Assembly: GCA_965223665.1 (NCBI GenBank)
Contig: OZ245011.1
Span: forward strand, 4,180,044-4,244,043
Source of the DNA: Nitrospinaceae bacterium
GTDB taxonomy: Bacteria; Nitrospinota; Nitrospinia; Nitrospinales; Nitrospinaceae
Direction: 5' to 3'
Length of the DNA: 64,000 bases
The position numbers were made by a program, and so were the translations under genes. The notes below the pieces were generated by a model. It searched no databases, was not told the origin of the DNA, and saw only the letters and a program-made list of their open reading frames with translations. Positions 49,276-58,255 of the stretch are shown piece after piece; positions within the stretch are counted from its first letter, which is position 1; each line of letters opens with the position of its first letter.

Positions 49276-51216
49276 TTAATTCTCCTGTCGCTCCAGCCAT
49301 GGACGGTAACTTTCATAGGAATGAATGACAATTCCATAAAAACTTGAATATTTTTGTAACTCAAACCTTATGTGCTGGAGGACTTTTCTTAAATCTTTTG
49401 GTTCCAATTTATCAAAAGTTATTTTGCTTGAGGGAACGTTAACCACGCTTATTTGTTTTAAGATCTGAGAATCACTTTTGGGAAGATTCACTTTTGGAGG
49501 AATCCAACTCACTTGGACATGTTGATCATCAATAGTTTCTAAAATTATTTGCGAACCTTTACCTCTTCCATTTTGGGTGAATTCAAAGATTGTTTCATTG
49601 GGTAAAGGAACTGTTTCAAGACCAATAAATACTTTTTTACCTTTTTTCTCAGCATATCGTAACTCATCACTGCCGTGGGCAATGACACCATCGGCTCCAT
49701 ATGCAACGGTTCGGTAATCCATGATTCCAATGTTATCGACGATATCAATTATATGCTCACTGACTGGTCGCCCCCCCACTGCTGCAGTTGGTTCATAATA
49801 AATATTACGGCTGTCAAACCAAAAAGGAATATCAACACCCAAAACCAGGTTGGAATTTTTTGTAAGTATTTTGGATTTTTCAAGAAGTTCTAAATACTCC
49901 TTGAGTTTGTTTTCTTTGTTTACTCCAACAAAGGATGGTAATAAGTAAGGTTCAATGTCAAATCTGATTCCATAAAATCGCTCTGAATCATTTCCTCTCT
50001 CATTATATTGAGCGATCCTTTCAATAAGAGCCAATACACGTCCGTGCCATTCTCTTAAAGCAAAACGCGGATCTCCGTCTAAAGCATGTGTCTTAATATT
50101 GTTTTTGTGAAGACGCGAGATGAAGGAACGCATGTTTTTAGAATCCCAGTCTATTTCCCATTTATTTTGGTTTTTTTGTGCTTCATAGGGGATTTGGACG
50201 AATAAATCGGTTATTTTCTCTTTTTGACAAAAATCTAAAAGTTGATTGCTTTCCTTTTCGCTATTTAGAATTTTATTTGTTTCCCATAGCCACATTGCTT
50301 TTCGTATGGGGCGGTCCACTTTAAGTGTAATGGGGGGACTGGGGATAGAAATGTCTCTTTCTTGGGAAAAGGCTAGATCCTTTATCAGTATAGTGCTCTC
50401 GCCTTCACCTTTAACTTGAAAGACAACACTTGCAAGTTCTTTGCGATTTAATTTTTTGGGAAGTTTTGATAGAGGAACCCAAACTTGTTGCCATTTTTTT
50501 TGAATAGCTCCCTCTGGAATAAATGATTCAATATTCTCAATTAAAAGTGAATCTTCTTTTTTCTCCCAGATACGATCTGCCATTCGTAATTGAATTTGTT
50601 CTTTTCCTTTGATTCCATAAATAGAGAATGTCAAGAAGGAAAAAGGAGAGGTATCGAAGTATTTTCTTTGGCTAGGAGGAGATTTGAAATCAAACAAGTG
50701 AATCCAAAATCCAGAAAAACCAGGTTTCTTATTCTTATAAGTGAATGCTAAGCCAGGAGTTCCATCAGGTGATTTTTCAATTGAAACATTAGATTTGGAA
50801 GGAACCCTAGCAAATCCATTAAAATATCCTCCAAGTTTGTTTACATTCCCTTGATTAAATTGGTCAACAATATAAAAGTTATTGCTGAACGAAGGAGTTT
50901 TTCCTCGAGGACCGGCGGGATCCTTTAAGATGGGCTTTGATTTTCCAATATCATAAATTATTATGGATTCCTTTCCCTGAGCGTGAAGCAGGCCCATTCT
51001 GACATACCCTATTTCTGAGGAGTGACTCAGTCCCCAGTCAGAAAGGAGAATTTTTTTGTTAGGATAAGTTTGCCCGATAGCCTGGGAAGAGAAAACTCCC
51101 AAAATAATGGTGCAAATAATTAGGAATTCTACAAAATAGAAAAATTTGAGTTTGAAAGATAAAATTGGGAAGGATACGTCCCCTTTTTTTGGATTCATAT
51201 GTATAAATGTTTCCAA
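49276..51216 (-). CDS. Secreted protein: carbohydrate-binding-like beta-sandwich plus glycoside-hydrolase-like TIM barrel
   Basis: Signal/TM segment; DQFNQG..NKLGG, FSGFWIHL, WQQVWVPLS (CBM-like); AMWLWE, HALDGDP, GIRFDIEPYLL, DIPFWFD, IMDYR, IGLET, IHSY (TIM barrel). Start uncertain. Confidence 0.6.
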   Translation of the reverse strand: METFIHMNPKKGDVSFPILSFKLKFFYFVEFLIICTIILGVFSSQAIGQTYPNKKILLSDWGLSHSSEIGYVRMGLLHAQGKESIIIYDIGKSKPILKDPAGPRGKTPSFSNNFYIVDQFNQGNVNKLGGYFNGFARVPSKSNVSIEKSPDGTPGLAFTYKNKKPGFSGFWIHLFDFKSPPSQRKYFDTSPFSFLTFSIYGIKGKEQIQLRMADRIWEKKEDSLLIENIESFIPEGAIQKKWQQVWVPLSKLPKKLNRKELASVVFQVKGEGESTILIKDLAFSQERDISIPSPPITLKVDRPIRKAMWLWETNKILNSEKESNQLLDFCQKEKITDLFVQIPYEAQKNQNKWEIDWDSKNMRSFISRLHKNNIKTHALDGDPRFALREWHGRVLALIERIAQYNERGNDSERFYGIRFDIEPYLLPSFVGVNKENKLKEYLELLEKSKILTKNSNLVLGVDIPFWFDSRNIYYEPTAAVGGRPVSEHIIDIVDNIGIMDYRTVAYGADGVIAHGSDELRYAEKKGKKVFIGLETVPLPNETIFEFTQNGRGKGSQIILETIDDQHVQVSWIPPKVNLPKSDSQILKQISVVNVPSSKITFDKLEPKDLRKVLQHIRFELQKYSSFYGIVIHSYESYRPWLERQEN

Positions 51217-51366
51217 AAAAATTGGAAAGGATATTTAAAGTTTTTGTTTAGTAATTAGTTGATTTAAAGCTTTGATTTTAAAGTGATTACTATTCCAGTG
51301 TATTGGGGAGGGGATATTTTGTCAATTGGATAGTTATTTCAATTTAAGAAAAGGGATTTCATAATT

Positions 51367-51765
51367 TTATGTGTTTTCATCGGATTCTAGGCTGGGTATC
51401 AGTTCTTGGATTTTTTCTTGAAATTGGGTTCCAGAGAATGGTTTTAAAAGGTAGCCATCTATCCCGGCTTCCTGGGCCGTTTGTATTTTCTCGGATCGTG
51501 CTTCTCCGGTAAGTAATAAAAAAAGTAAATTTCTCAACTTTTCGTCTTTACGTATGGACTTAATTAACTCAAGGCCGGATAAGCCAGGTAATTGCCAATC
51601 CGCAATTACCAGGTCAAAGGATTCAGATTGTAATTTCGATAATGCTAGGGCACCATCTTCAGCGGTATCTAAATTAGTTAATTCTAATTGCTTTAATTTC
51701 CTTACCACTAACTCTAAAGAAGGCGGGTCATCATCTACTACAAGAATTTTTATGTTTGAAATCAT
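51367..51765 (-). CDS. Single-domain CheY-like response regulator
   Basis: ILVVDDD, IADWQLPGLSGLEL, LLTG, YLLKPF. Confidence 0.92.
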   Translation of the reverse strand: MISNIKILVVDDDPPSLELVVRKLKQLELTNLDTAEDGALALSKLQSESFDLVIADWQLPGLSGLELIKSIRKDEKLRNLLFLLLTGEARSEKIQTAQEAGIDGYLLKPFSGTQFQEKIQELIPSLESDENT

Positions 51766-51786
51766 TTTAAAGTAAGTAAGGTTTGA

Positions 51787-53241
51787 TTAAGGTTTGTAAC
51801 CCTTTACTTTTTCCAGTTCTGCATTTTTCCAGTTGGAACCATCTAGTTTAGTTCCAGTAAGGTTTGTGAAAAAAAGCTTTGCTCCCTCCAGGTTAACGTT
51901 AGTAAGGTTGGAGTGAGATAGATCAGCCTCATCAAGAGAAGTTCTATGTAAATCCGAATTTTCTAAGTTGCAATACGTCATATTGGATTGCTTCAACTTT
52001 GCCCCTCCAAAATCTGCCATTTGTAAATTAGCGCCCTTAAAGTTTGCTCCTATTAGGTTGGCACCAGTTAAAATAGAATTCACCATAGAGGTCTTTTTGA
52101 AAATAGATTCTTCGGCATGAGATCTACTTAGATCAGAGTTATCTAAAACCGCTTCTGAAAAGTCTGCGCCCTCTAAATTAGCATCACTAAGGTCTACAGC
52201 TATAAGCTTTGCTTTAACAAGTTTAGCACGGCTAAAGTCTGCTCCTCGTAAGTAAGCATTTTTTAAATTAGCTTCGTTTAATTTTATTCGGTTTAAATGT
52301 GCTCCATCAAGGTTAACTTTAACCAGATTCGCTCCATTCAAATCCGCGATGTCCAAAGAGGACTCTCTTAAATTAGAGTTTTCCAAGTCAGCCCGTCGAA
52401 GGATAGAACCATTTAAACGAGCGCGGGTCATATCACAATCGATTATTTTTGCTTCAGTGAGATCGGCGCCGGTTAAGTCAACCCGCAAAAGTTTGGCTTT
52501 GATAAATTTAGCACCAAATAGGCGAGAACCCTTTATCTCAGCCCGTGTTAAGTTTGTTTCAGAAAAATTTGATTCATAAAATACAGCCACACTAAGTTTT
52601 GAATCCGAAAGATCGGCCTGTGTTAAGTTTGCACCCTTAAAGTTAGCCCGAGATAAATCAGAACCTTTAATTTGAGCTTTATTCAGGTCTGCCCTTAGAA
52701 AGTTTGCTCTGTTGAGACGACTTTCATTTAAATTGACTTCGTTTAGATTTGCCTCTTGAAGATCAGCTTTGCGTAGGTCTGATCTTTCTAAAAGAGCCTT
52801 ATTTAAATTAGCGCCGATTAATTTAGTTTCATTTAATATGCTATCAGTAAAATTGGCTTCACTAAGATCCGCCTGGCTTAGATCGGCCTCAGATAAATCT
52901 GAATCAGAAAGATCAGTCCCAACCAATTTAGAACTACTTATATTAGCGCCATAAAAATTTAAGTTAGATAAATCTAATCCCGAAAGATCTAAATTTTTGA
53001 GAGATGGAGTTTCATCTTCATCTTCTTCATTAGCGGAAGATTCTTCATCTTCGGCAGAATCAGAAGCATCCGGATCATCGATCATTTCTTCCTCAGAAGA
53101 GTCCTTTATTTCCTCAGATTGTTCCTCTTCTTCATTGTCATCCTCTACATCTTCATATAATGCTTCTTCCTCTTCGCGGTCACGCAACTCTTTCAACTGG
53201 TTTAAAATTTCTTCAACTTCTTCTCGTGTAAGATCAGGCAT
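51787..53241 (-). CDS. Long pentapeptide-repeat protein with an acidic N-terminal insert
   Basis: About 400 aa of continuous A(D/N)Lxx repeats preceded by an Asp/Glu-rich stretch. Confidence 0.93.
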   Translation of the reverse strand: MPDLTREEVEEILNQLKELRDREEEEALYEDVEDDNEEEEQSEEIKDSSEEEMIDDPDASDSAEDEESSANEEDEDETPSLKNLDLSGLDLSNLNFYGANISSSKLVGTDLSDSDLSEADLSQADLSEANFTDSILNETKLIGANLNKALLERSDLRKADLQEANLNEVNLNESRLNRANFLRADLNKAQIKGSDLSRANFKGANLTQADLSDSKLSVAVFYESNFSETNLTRAEIKGSRLFGAKFIKAKLLRVDLTGADLTEAKIIDCDMTRARLNGSILRRADLENSNLRESSLDIADLNGANLVKVNLDGAHLNRIKLNEANLKNAYLRGADFSRAKLVKAKLIAVDLSDANLEGADFSEAVLDNSDLSRSHAEESIFKKTSMVNSILTGANLIGANFKGANLQMADFGGAKLKQSNMTYCNLENSDLHRTSLDEADLSHSNLTNVNLEGAKLFFTNLTGTKLDGSNWKNAELEKVKGYKP

Positions 53242-53360
53242 AATTTTAAAATTTTCTTTCCAAAAAGATTGGAAAATTGTTATTTAAATTGATTTGGGTC
53301 TAGCGGAACCTCATAAAATAACTTACAAACCTCAATAACGCAAGGCCGAAAAATCTATTC

Positions 53361-54134
53361 TCAAAAGCAGGAAAAGCGATTATTGAACAAGGTGACAATT
53401 TGTCTCAAAGGTGAGTCCAAATATTCGTAAACTCTATCAAAAATCGAATCAGGGACTCTTTTATAGTATGCTTGTGCAATTCCACCAGTTATACAAGCTA
53501 TGGTATCACTATCCCCGCCTATTGAAACTGCCTTGCGGATGGCATCCTCAAAGTTTTGGGATTCTAAAAAAGCTAAAATGGCTTGAGGGACTGAACCCTG
53601 GCAGGAAACATCATATTGATAGGTTTTTTGGAGGTTTTTTATTTTATCTGCAAAGGAGTACCCAAAGTTGGATTCTACATATGTTTGAATAGATTGCTTA
53701 GAATGACCTGTTTTAGCTAAAAAAATTGAGGCCGCTGTTGCCTGAGCCCCCTTTATTCCTTCAGGATGATTATGAGTGATTTCCGAAGTGGCTTTAGCCT
53801 TTTCAAGTACAATTTCTAAAGAATCAAATGCAAAACCTACTGGGCTTACTCTCATAGCAGCACCATTTCCATAGCTACCGTAAGGTTCTAATTTAGGGGA
53901 AGCAGCCCACTCTGTAAATTTTTTTCCATATCCTGCATTGGGGTAACGTAAAAAATAAGACTTAAAATTATCTTTTAAATTAGTACCTTTAATAATACTG
54001 TCTGCAACAGCTACAGTTAAAACTGTGTCATCTGTAAAGCGACAATCTTTGTGAAAAAGTTTAAACTCAGTAGATTTAATATTATTATGTTCAAACCGAG
54101 AGCCTATAATATCTCCCGCGATAGCTCCTAACAT
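53361..54134 (-). CDS. ADP-ribosylglycohydrolase family protein
   Basis: MLGAIAGDIIGS, FTDDT, SYGNGAAMRVSP, THNHPEGIKGA, GGDSDTIACITG. Confidence 0.95.
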   Translation of the reverse strand: MLGAIAGDIIGSRFEHNNIKSTEFKLFHKDCRFTDDTVLTVAVADSIIKGTNLKDNFKSYFLRYPNAGYGKKFTEWAASPKLEPYGSYGNGAAMRVSPVGFAFDSLEIVLEKAKATSEITHNHPEGIKGAQATAASIFLAKTGHSKQSIQTYVESNFGYSFADKIKNLQKTYQYDVSCQGSVPQAILAFLESQNFEDAIRKAVSIGGDSDTIACITGGIAQAYYKRVPDSIFDRVYEYLDSPLRQIVTLFNNRFSCF

Positions 54135-54498
54135 TTTTTTAGTAACCTCTTGTTGAATTTAAGGTAATCGATGGAGTTAGTATTTATTTTAAAAACAGAT
54201 AAAATTATAAAAAATGTATCTATGAATAGATACTGATATTTATTTTTTTTTGGACGGAGATTGCGACTTAACAATCGAAGGTGACTTCAATAAAGGGCAG
54301 AGGCAGTATTTAAAAAACTTTATTTACCTGGAAAATCCTTTTTTTTAACTTGTGCGAAAAATTTTCTATTTTTTTGAAAGTTTCATAATGTTTTTATAAC
54401 CAGGTTTCTCAAGATAGGAAATATGAATCAAGAATGGTGAAAACTTTTCTTTAACAAACCTTAGGGCTGTTAAAGATTTCTTTCAAAGGACTATTTTA

Positions 54499-55332
54499 AT
54501 GAATCTAGAGCTTGAAGATGAATTCGGCGATATTTTACAAAAAGCCCGTGATAGAAATTCCTGGTCTCAAAAGGATTTAGCCAATGCAGTGGGACTTTCG
54601 ATTGGTGAAATAGAGAGAATGGAAAATTATGAATGGATTCCCTCTGAAGAGATTATTTTCAATATTGCAAATTCACTTGAACTCCATGGACCTTCTTTAA
54701 AAGCTATTGCCAACAAGGAATGGGGACCGGAAGAACCTCAAAAAGATTCAGCTTTAGATTTGATTTGTCTAAATGTATTCATTGGATTGTACCCAGTGAA
54801 ATGTTATCTCATTCGATGTTTAGAAACTAATGAGTCTGCAATTGTGGATACTGGTGGAAACCCAAAAGCAATAATCCATAAAGCAAGAGAGGTAGGTTTA
54901 ACACCATCCAAAATTTTATTGACCCATGCTCATCACGATCATGCGGGTGGTCTGAAAGTATTGGATCGAGAGTATAATTGCCCTACCTGGATAGGATCAA
55001 AAGAACCCACCCCACAGGGGAGTCGCGATCTAAAGATTTTAAGTGACGGTGAGATTTTAAATGTTGGCAAAATGGAAGTGAGTGCTCTGTCGACCCCTGG
55101 ACACACCCCTGGAGGATTTTCCTTTAAAATAAATAAAACTATTTTATCAGGGGATGCTATTTTCGCCGGATCGATGGGGAGGGCAAATTCCTCATTTGCA
55201 GATTTATTTTACTCTATCTCCAAGGTGTTATTTTCTTTTCCTGATGATACTTGTTTACATCCAGGACATGGTCCAGCTACAACTGTAGGTGAAGAAAAGT
55301 CTCACAATCCATTTTTTAGTTGTAATGGATAA
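54499..55332 (+). CDS. XRE-type HTH fused to an MBL-fold metallo-hydrolase (glyoxalase II-like)
   Basis: N-terminal HTH (LQKAR....SQKDLANAVGLS); THAHHDHAGG, TPGHTPG, GDAIFAGS, PGHGPATTVGEEK.HNPF. Confidence 0.9.
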   Translation: MNLELEDEFGDILQKARDRNSWSQKDLANAVGLSIGEIERMENYEWIPSEEIIFNIANSLELHGPSLKAIANKEWGPEEPQKDSALDLICLNVFIGLYPVKCYLIRCLETNESAIVDTGGNPKAIIHKAREVGLTPSKILLTHAHHDHAGGLKVLDREYNCPTWIGSKEPTPQGSRDLKILSDGEILNVGKMEVSALSTPGHTPGGFSFKINKTILSGDAIFAGSMGRANSSFADLFYSISKVLFSFPDDTCLHPGHGPATTVGEEKSHNPFFSCNG

Positions 55333-55420
55333 TTATTTGCTTTAATGATTATTTAATTCCAAAGATTTTTAGTTTTTGATTCCTCTTGCTAAATGTTTAT
55401 GAAGGAGCCATATTTGAGTC

Positions 55421-56950
55421 ATGGATCCAGAAAAAGTTAATTACCATTATTGCGACGATCTTCCCACCAAGCCTCTTGAAGGAATTCGTAGAGTATTGGT
55501 TACAGGTGCTAACGGTTATGTTGCTCGCAGATTAATTCCCGAACTAATCTATAGAGGTTATTTAGTTCGATGTATGTTGCGAAATAAAAAGCTTCCTCCA
55601 ATTTTGGAACATCCCAATTTAGAATTTGTTTATGCAGATGCATTAAAAAAAGATGAATTGAGAGAATCGTTAGAGGGTGTGGATTCAGCTTATTATTTAA
55701 TTCATAGCATGAGCCTAAATAAAAGTAAATTTAGGAGAACTGATAAGTTGGCGGCTCGAAATTTTGCTGAGATGGCTCAAGAATGTGGGGTAAAGCGAAT
55801 AATTTATTTAGGTGGATTGGGTGAAACCAGCACTAACCTTTCGGCGCATTTAAAAAGTAGAATAGAAGTGGGCTCTATATTGTCCGAATCTTCAATCCCG
55901 GTGATTCGGCTGCGGGCAGCAATTATAATTGGAACCGGAAGCGCGTCTTATGAATTATTGAAATCTATGGTTCTCCATACACGTTGGATCCCTTTCTTGC
56001 CGGAGTTTAATTCCAGGTGTCAACCCATTGCTATTCGCGATGTTATCAAGTATATGGTAGGAATCTTAGAAACTCCAAATTTAGAAACTCAAAAGCTTGC
56101 CATTGGAGGGCGGGATGTGCTGACCTATAAAGAATTGGTAAGACGATTTGCTACTATTTTGAATCGTAAAATAACTTTTTTTAATGTCGCCTGGGTCCCT
56201 CTCCCGGTATCTGCAATGTGTCGTTTGTTTGCCTTTTGGCTACATTTGTTTATCTCAGTTCCTGTAAATATTACCTATTTGTTATTAGGAAGTTTAAAGA
56301 CCGATGTTGTTTGTCCGGATCAAAAGATAAAGAGTATTCTTGAATTTGAACCATTAGATTTCGAAACTTCTGTAAAATGGGCGTTGGATAAGGAAAGAGC
56401 TTCAAAAGTTTATTCGCATTGGAGTGATGTTCCTCCGGAAAATATGGCAGAATTACTTCCCTTATGCGAGTATGAATCTTCAAATTTTATTGTAGAAGAA
56501 CATTCCAAGGATATACCTGTTTCTCCTGAAGAATTGTTTCAGTCAGTTTGTAAAATCGGCGGTCCTTATGGTTGGTTGCATGGAAATTTTCTTTGGGAGG
56601 TGCGCGGGTTCATAGATCGGGTTTTAGGAGGCGTCGGTCTTCACCGCGGGCGTCGTGACCCGAATGATTTGCGAATTGGAGACTCGGTGGATTTTTGGCG
56701 AGTTGAAAATCTTGTTCCTAATCAGGAATTATTGCTTAGGGCAGAATTGATTTCTCCCGGGCTTTCCTGGCTTCAGTTTGAGTTAAACCCAAATGGTTTG
56801 TCCAATACTCGTTTAACTCTTAGGGCACATTTTATCCCTACTCCGGTATGGGGTCACCTTTATTGGTATTTGCTTTCAAAGTTCCATACCTATATTTTTA
56901 AAGGAATGTTAGATTTTTTTTACAAGTCATCAACTGGGGAATCCCCTTAA
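55421..56950 (+). CDS. Atypical SDR oxidoreductase with C-terminal DUF2867 (YbjT-like)
   Basis: VLVTGANGYV, AYYLIHSM, LSAHLKSR.EV, IIIGTGSASYE, QPIAIRDV; IGG..GW, GDSVDFWRV. Confidence 0.9.
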   Translation: MDPEKVNYHYCDDLPTKPLEGIRRVLVTGANGYVARRLIPELIYRGYLVRCMLRNKKLPPILEHPNLEFVYADALKKDELRESLEGVDSAYYLIHSMSLNKSKFRRTDKLAARNFAEMAQECGVKRIIYLGGLGETSTNLSAHLKSRIEVGSILSESSIPVIRLRAAIIIGTGSASYELLKSMVLHTRWIPFLPEFNSRCQPIAIRDVIKYMVGILETPNLETQKLAIGGRDVLTYKELVRRFATILNRKITFFNVAWVPLPVSAMCRLFAFWLHLFISVPVNITYLLLGSLKTDVVCPDQKIKSILEFEPLDFETSVKWALDKERASKVYSHWSDVPPENMAELLPLCEYESSNFIVEEHSKDIPVSPEELFQSVCKIGGPYGWLHGNFLWEVRGFIDRVLGGVGLHRGRRDPNDLRIGDSVDFWRVENLVPNQELLLRAELISPGLSWLQFELNPNGLSNTRLTLRAHFIPTPVWGHLYWYLLSKFHTYIFKGMLDFFYKSSTGESP

Positions 56951-57073
56951 GAAGTTGAATTGGTTGAGGAATTTCAAAAGTTAAAAATTGTTTAAAAAAC
57001 CGCATAGGGTTGTTGACCCAAGTGAGGTGTGATATTCTCTCACCTCATTTATTGCTTTGAGTTTGGGTTTTAT

Positions 57074-58249
57074 ATGAAGTTTTTTTTGAAAATTTTGAGT
57101 ATTGCAGTTTATGTTTTTCTTTTAGTTGGTTGTCCTCCTGCCTCAAAATCCAAAAAGAAAATGCCTCCTCTTTTAGCTATTAATACGGTATTGGATACGG
57201 GAAAAGAACCTTCCTTTATTGTAACCGATGATTTTGATGCCGACAGTAATTTAGATTTAGTGGTTCTAAATAGTGGAGATCATACTTTTTCTTATTTTAA
57301 AGGAAATGGTGACGGGTCATTTCAGGAGCCTGTTTTATTTAAAACTGGAGCCGATCCGATTTGTTTAGCAGTTGCAGATTTTAATGGAGATGGATTGCCT
57401 GACTTGGCAGAGTTGAATTATCAAGATCAGAATATTCAAATTTTTCTAAATTCTGGTGGAGGAAGTTTTAGAAATACGGGGAAAATACTCAAGCCGGGAA
57501 AAATTCCTATTAATTTAACCACAGGGGATTTTAATGAAGATGGAATTCCAGATTTGGTGGTTTCACTTCGATACCATAAAGTGGTGACAATGTTTGGTAA
57601 AGGACTCGGGCTTTTTGGAAAACCAAAAGAAATGCCAGTTAAAGGACAACCTACGGGAGTGGTAGTTTCTGATTATAATAATGATAAGCATATGGATGTT
57701 GCAGTTGCTTTGGCAGGATCGGGAAGAACTGGAATTCAGATTCTTTGGGGAGATGGAACGGGTAAATTCAAGGGATCAAAAGTCCATAAAGGGGGTAAAC
57801 AACCCTTAACTATTGCTAATATTGACGCTAATGGTGATGGAAATTTTGATTTGGTGACTTCTAGTAATTCTTTACATGCTATAACGGTTGTTTTGAATAA
57901 TGGTGATGGAACCTTGAAGTCGTTAAGAGATTTTTCAGCAGGTGAATTCCCTAAGTTTGTAGCGGTTGGGGATTTTTCTGGAGACGGGCTTCAGGATCTT
58001 GCCGTTTCCAATTCTACCCAAGATACCCTTTCTGTTACTTTGGGAAGAGGAGATGGAACATTTATTTATCCTCCTGTGGTTCACTTTGTTGAGGAATATC
58101 CGCAAGGATTAGCGGCAGGTGATTTTAACAAGGATGGTTTTATGGATATTGCAATTTCTTGTAGAGATAAAAATCTAATTACTGTTTTGTTGAAAAATAA
58201 ATTTATTCCCCGGATGGCCGTTGCCCCCAGCGAACCTACTAACTCTTGA
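57074..58249 (+). CDS. FG-GAP/VCBS repeat beta-propeller lipoprotein
   Basis: Start moved to ATG 57074; lipobox LVGC; seven DFNxDGxxDL-type repeats. Confidence 0.9.
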   Translation: MKFFLKILSIAVYVFLLVGCPPASKSKKKMPPLLAINTVLDTGKEPSFIVTDDFDADSNLDLVVLNSGDHTFSYFKGNGDGSFQEPVLFKTGADPICLAVADFNGDGLPDLAELNYQDQNIQIFLNSGGGSFRNTGKILKPGKIPINLTTGDFNEDGIPDLVVSLRYHKVVTMFGKGLGLFGKPKEMPVKGQPTGVVVSDYNNDKHMDVAVALAGSGRTGIQILWGDGTGKFKGSKVHKGGKQPLTIANIDANGDGNFDLVTSSNSLHAITVVLNNGDGTLKSLRDFSAGEFPKFVAVGDFSGDGLQDLAVSNSTQDTLSVTLGRGDGTFIYPPVVHFVEEYPQGLAAGDFNKDGFMDIAISCRDKNLITVLLKNKFIPRMAVAPSEPTNS

Positions 58250-58255
58250 CTAACC

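Noticed and set aside
49275-49364. First 30 codons of the TPR-barrel ORF in the track
   Set aside because: They overlap the upstream gene; RBS and signal peptide fit TTG 49274
52997-53287. Ser-rich plus-strand ORF
   Set aside because: Antisense mirror of the Glu/Asp codons in the pentapeptide protein
53361-54134. ADP-ribosylglycohydrolase as part of a toxin-antitoxin or DraT/DraG switch
   Set aside because: No ADP-ribosyltransferase, macrodomain or nitrogenase gene is nearby
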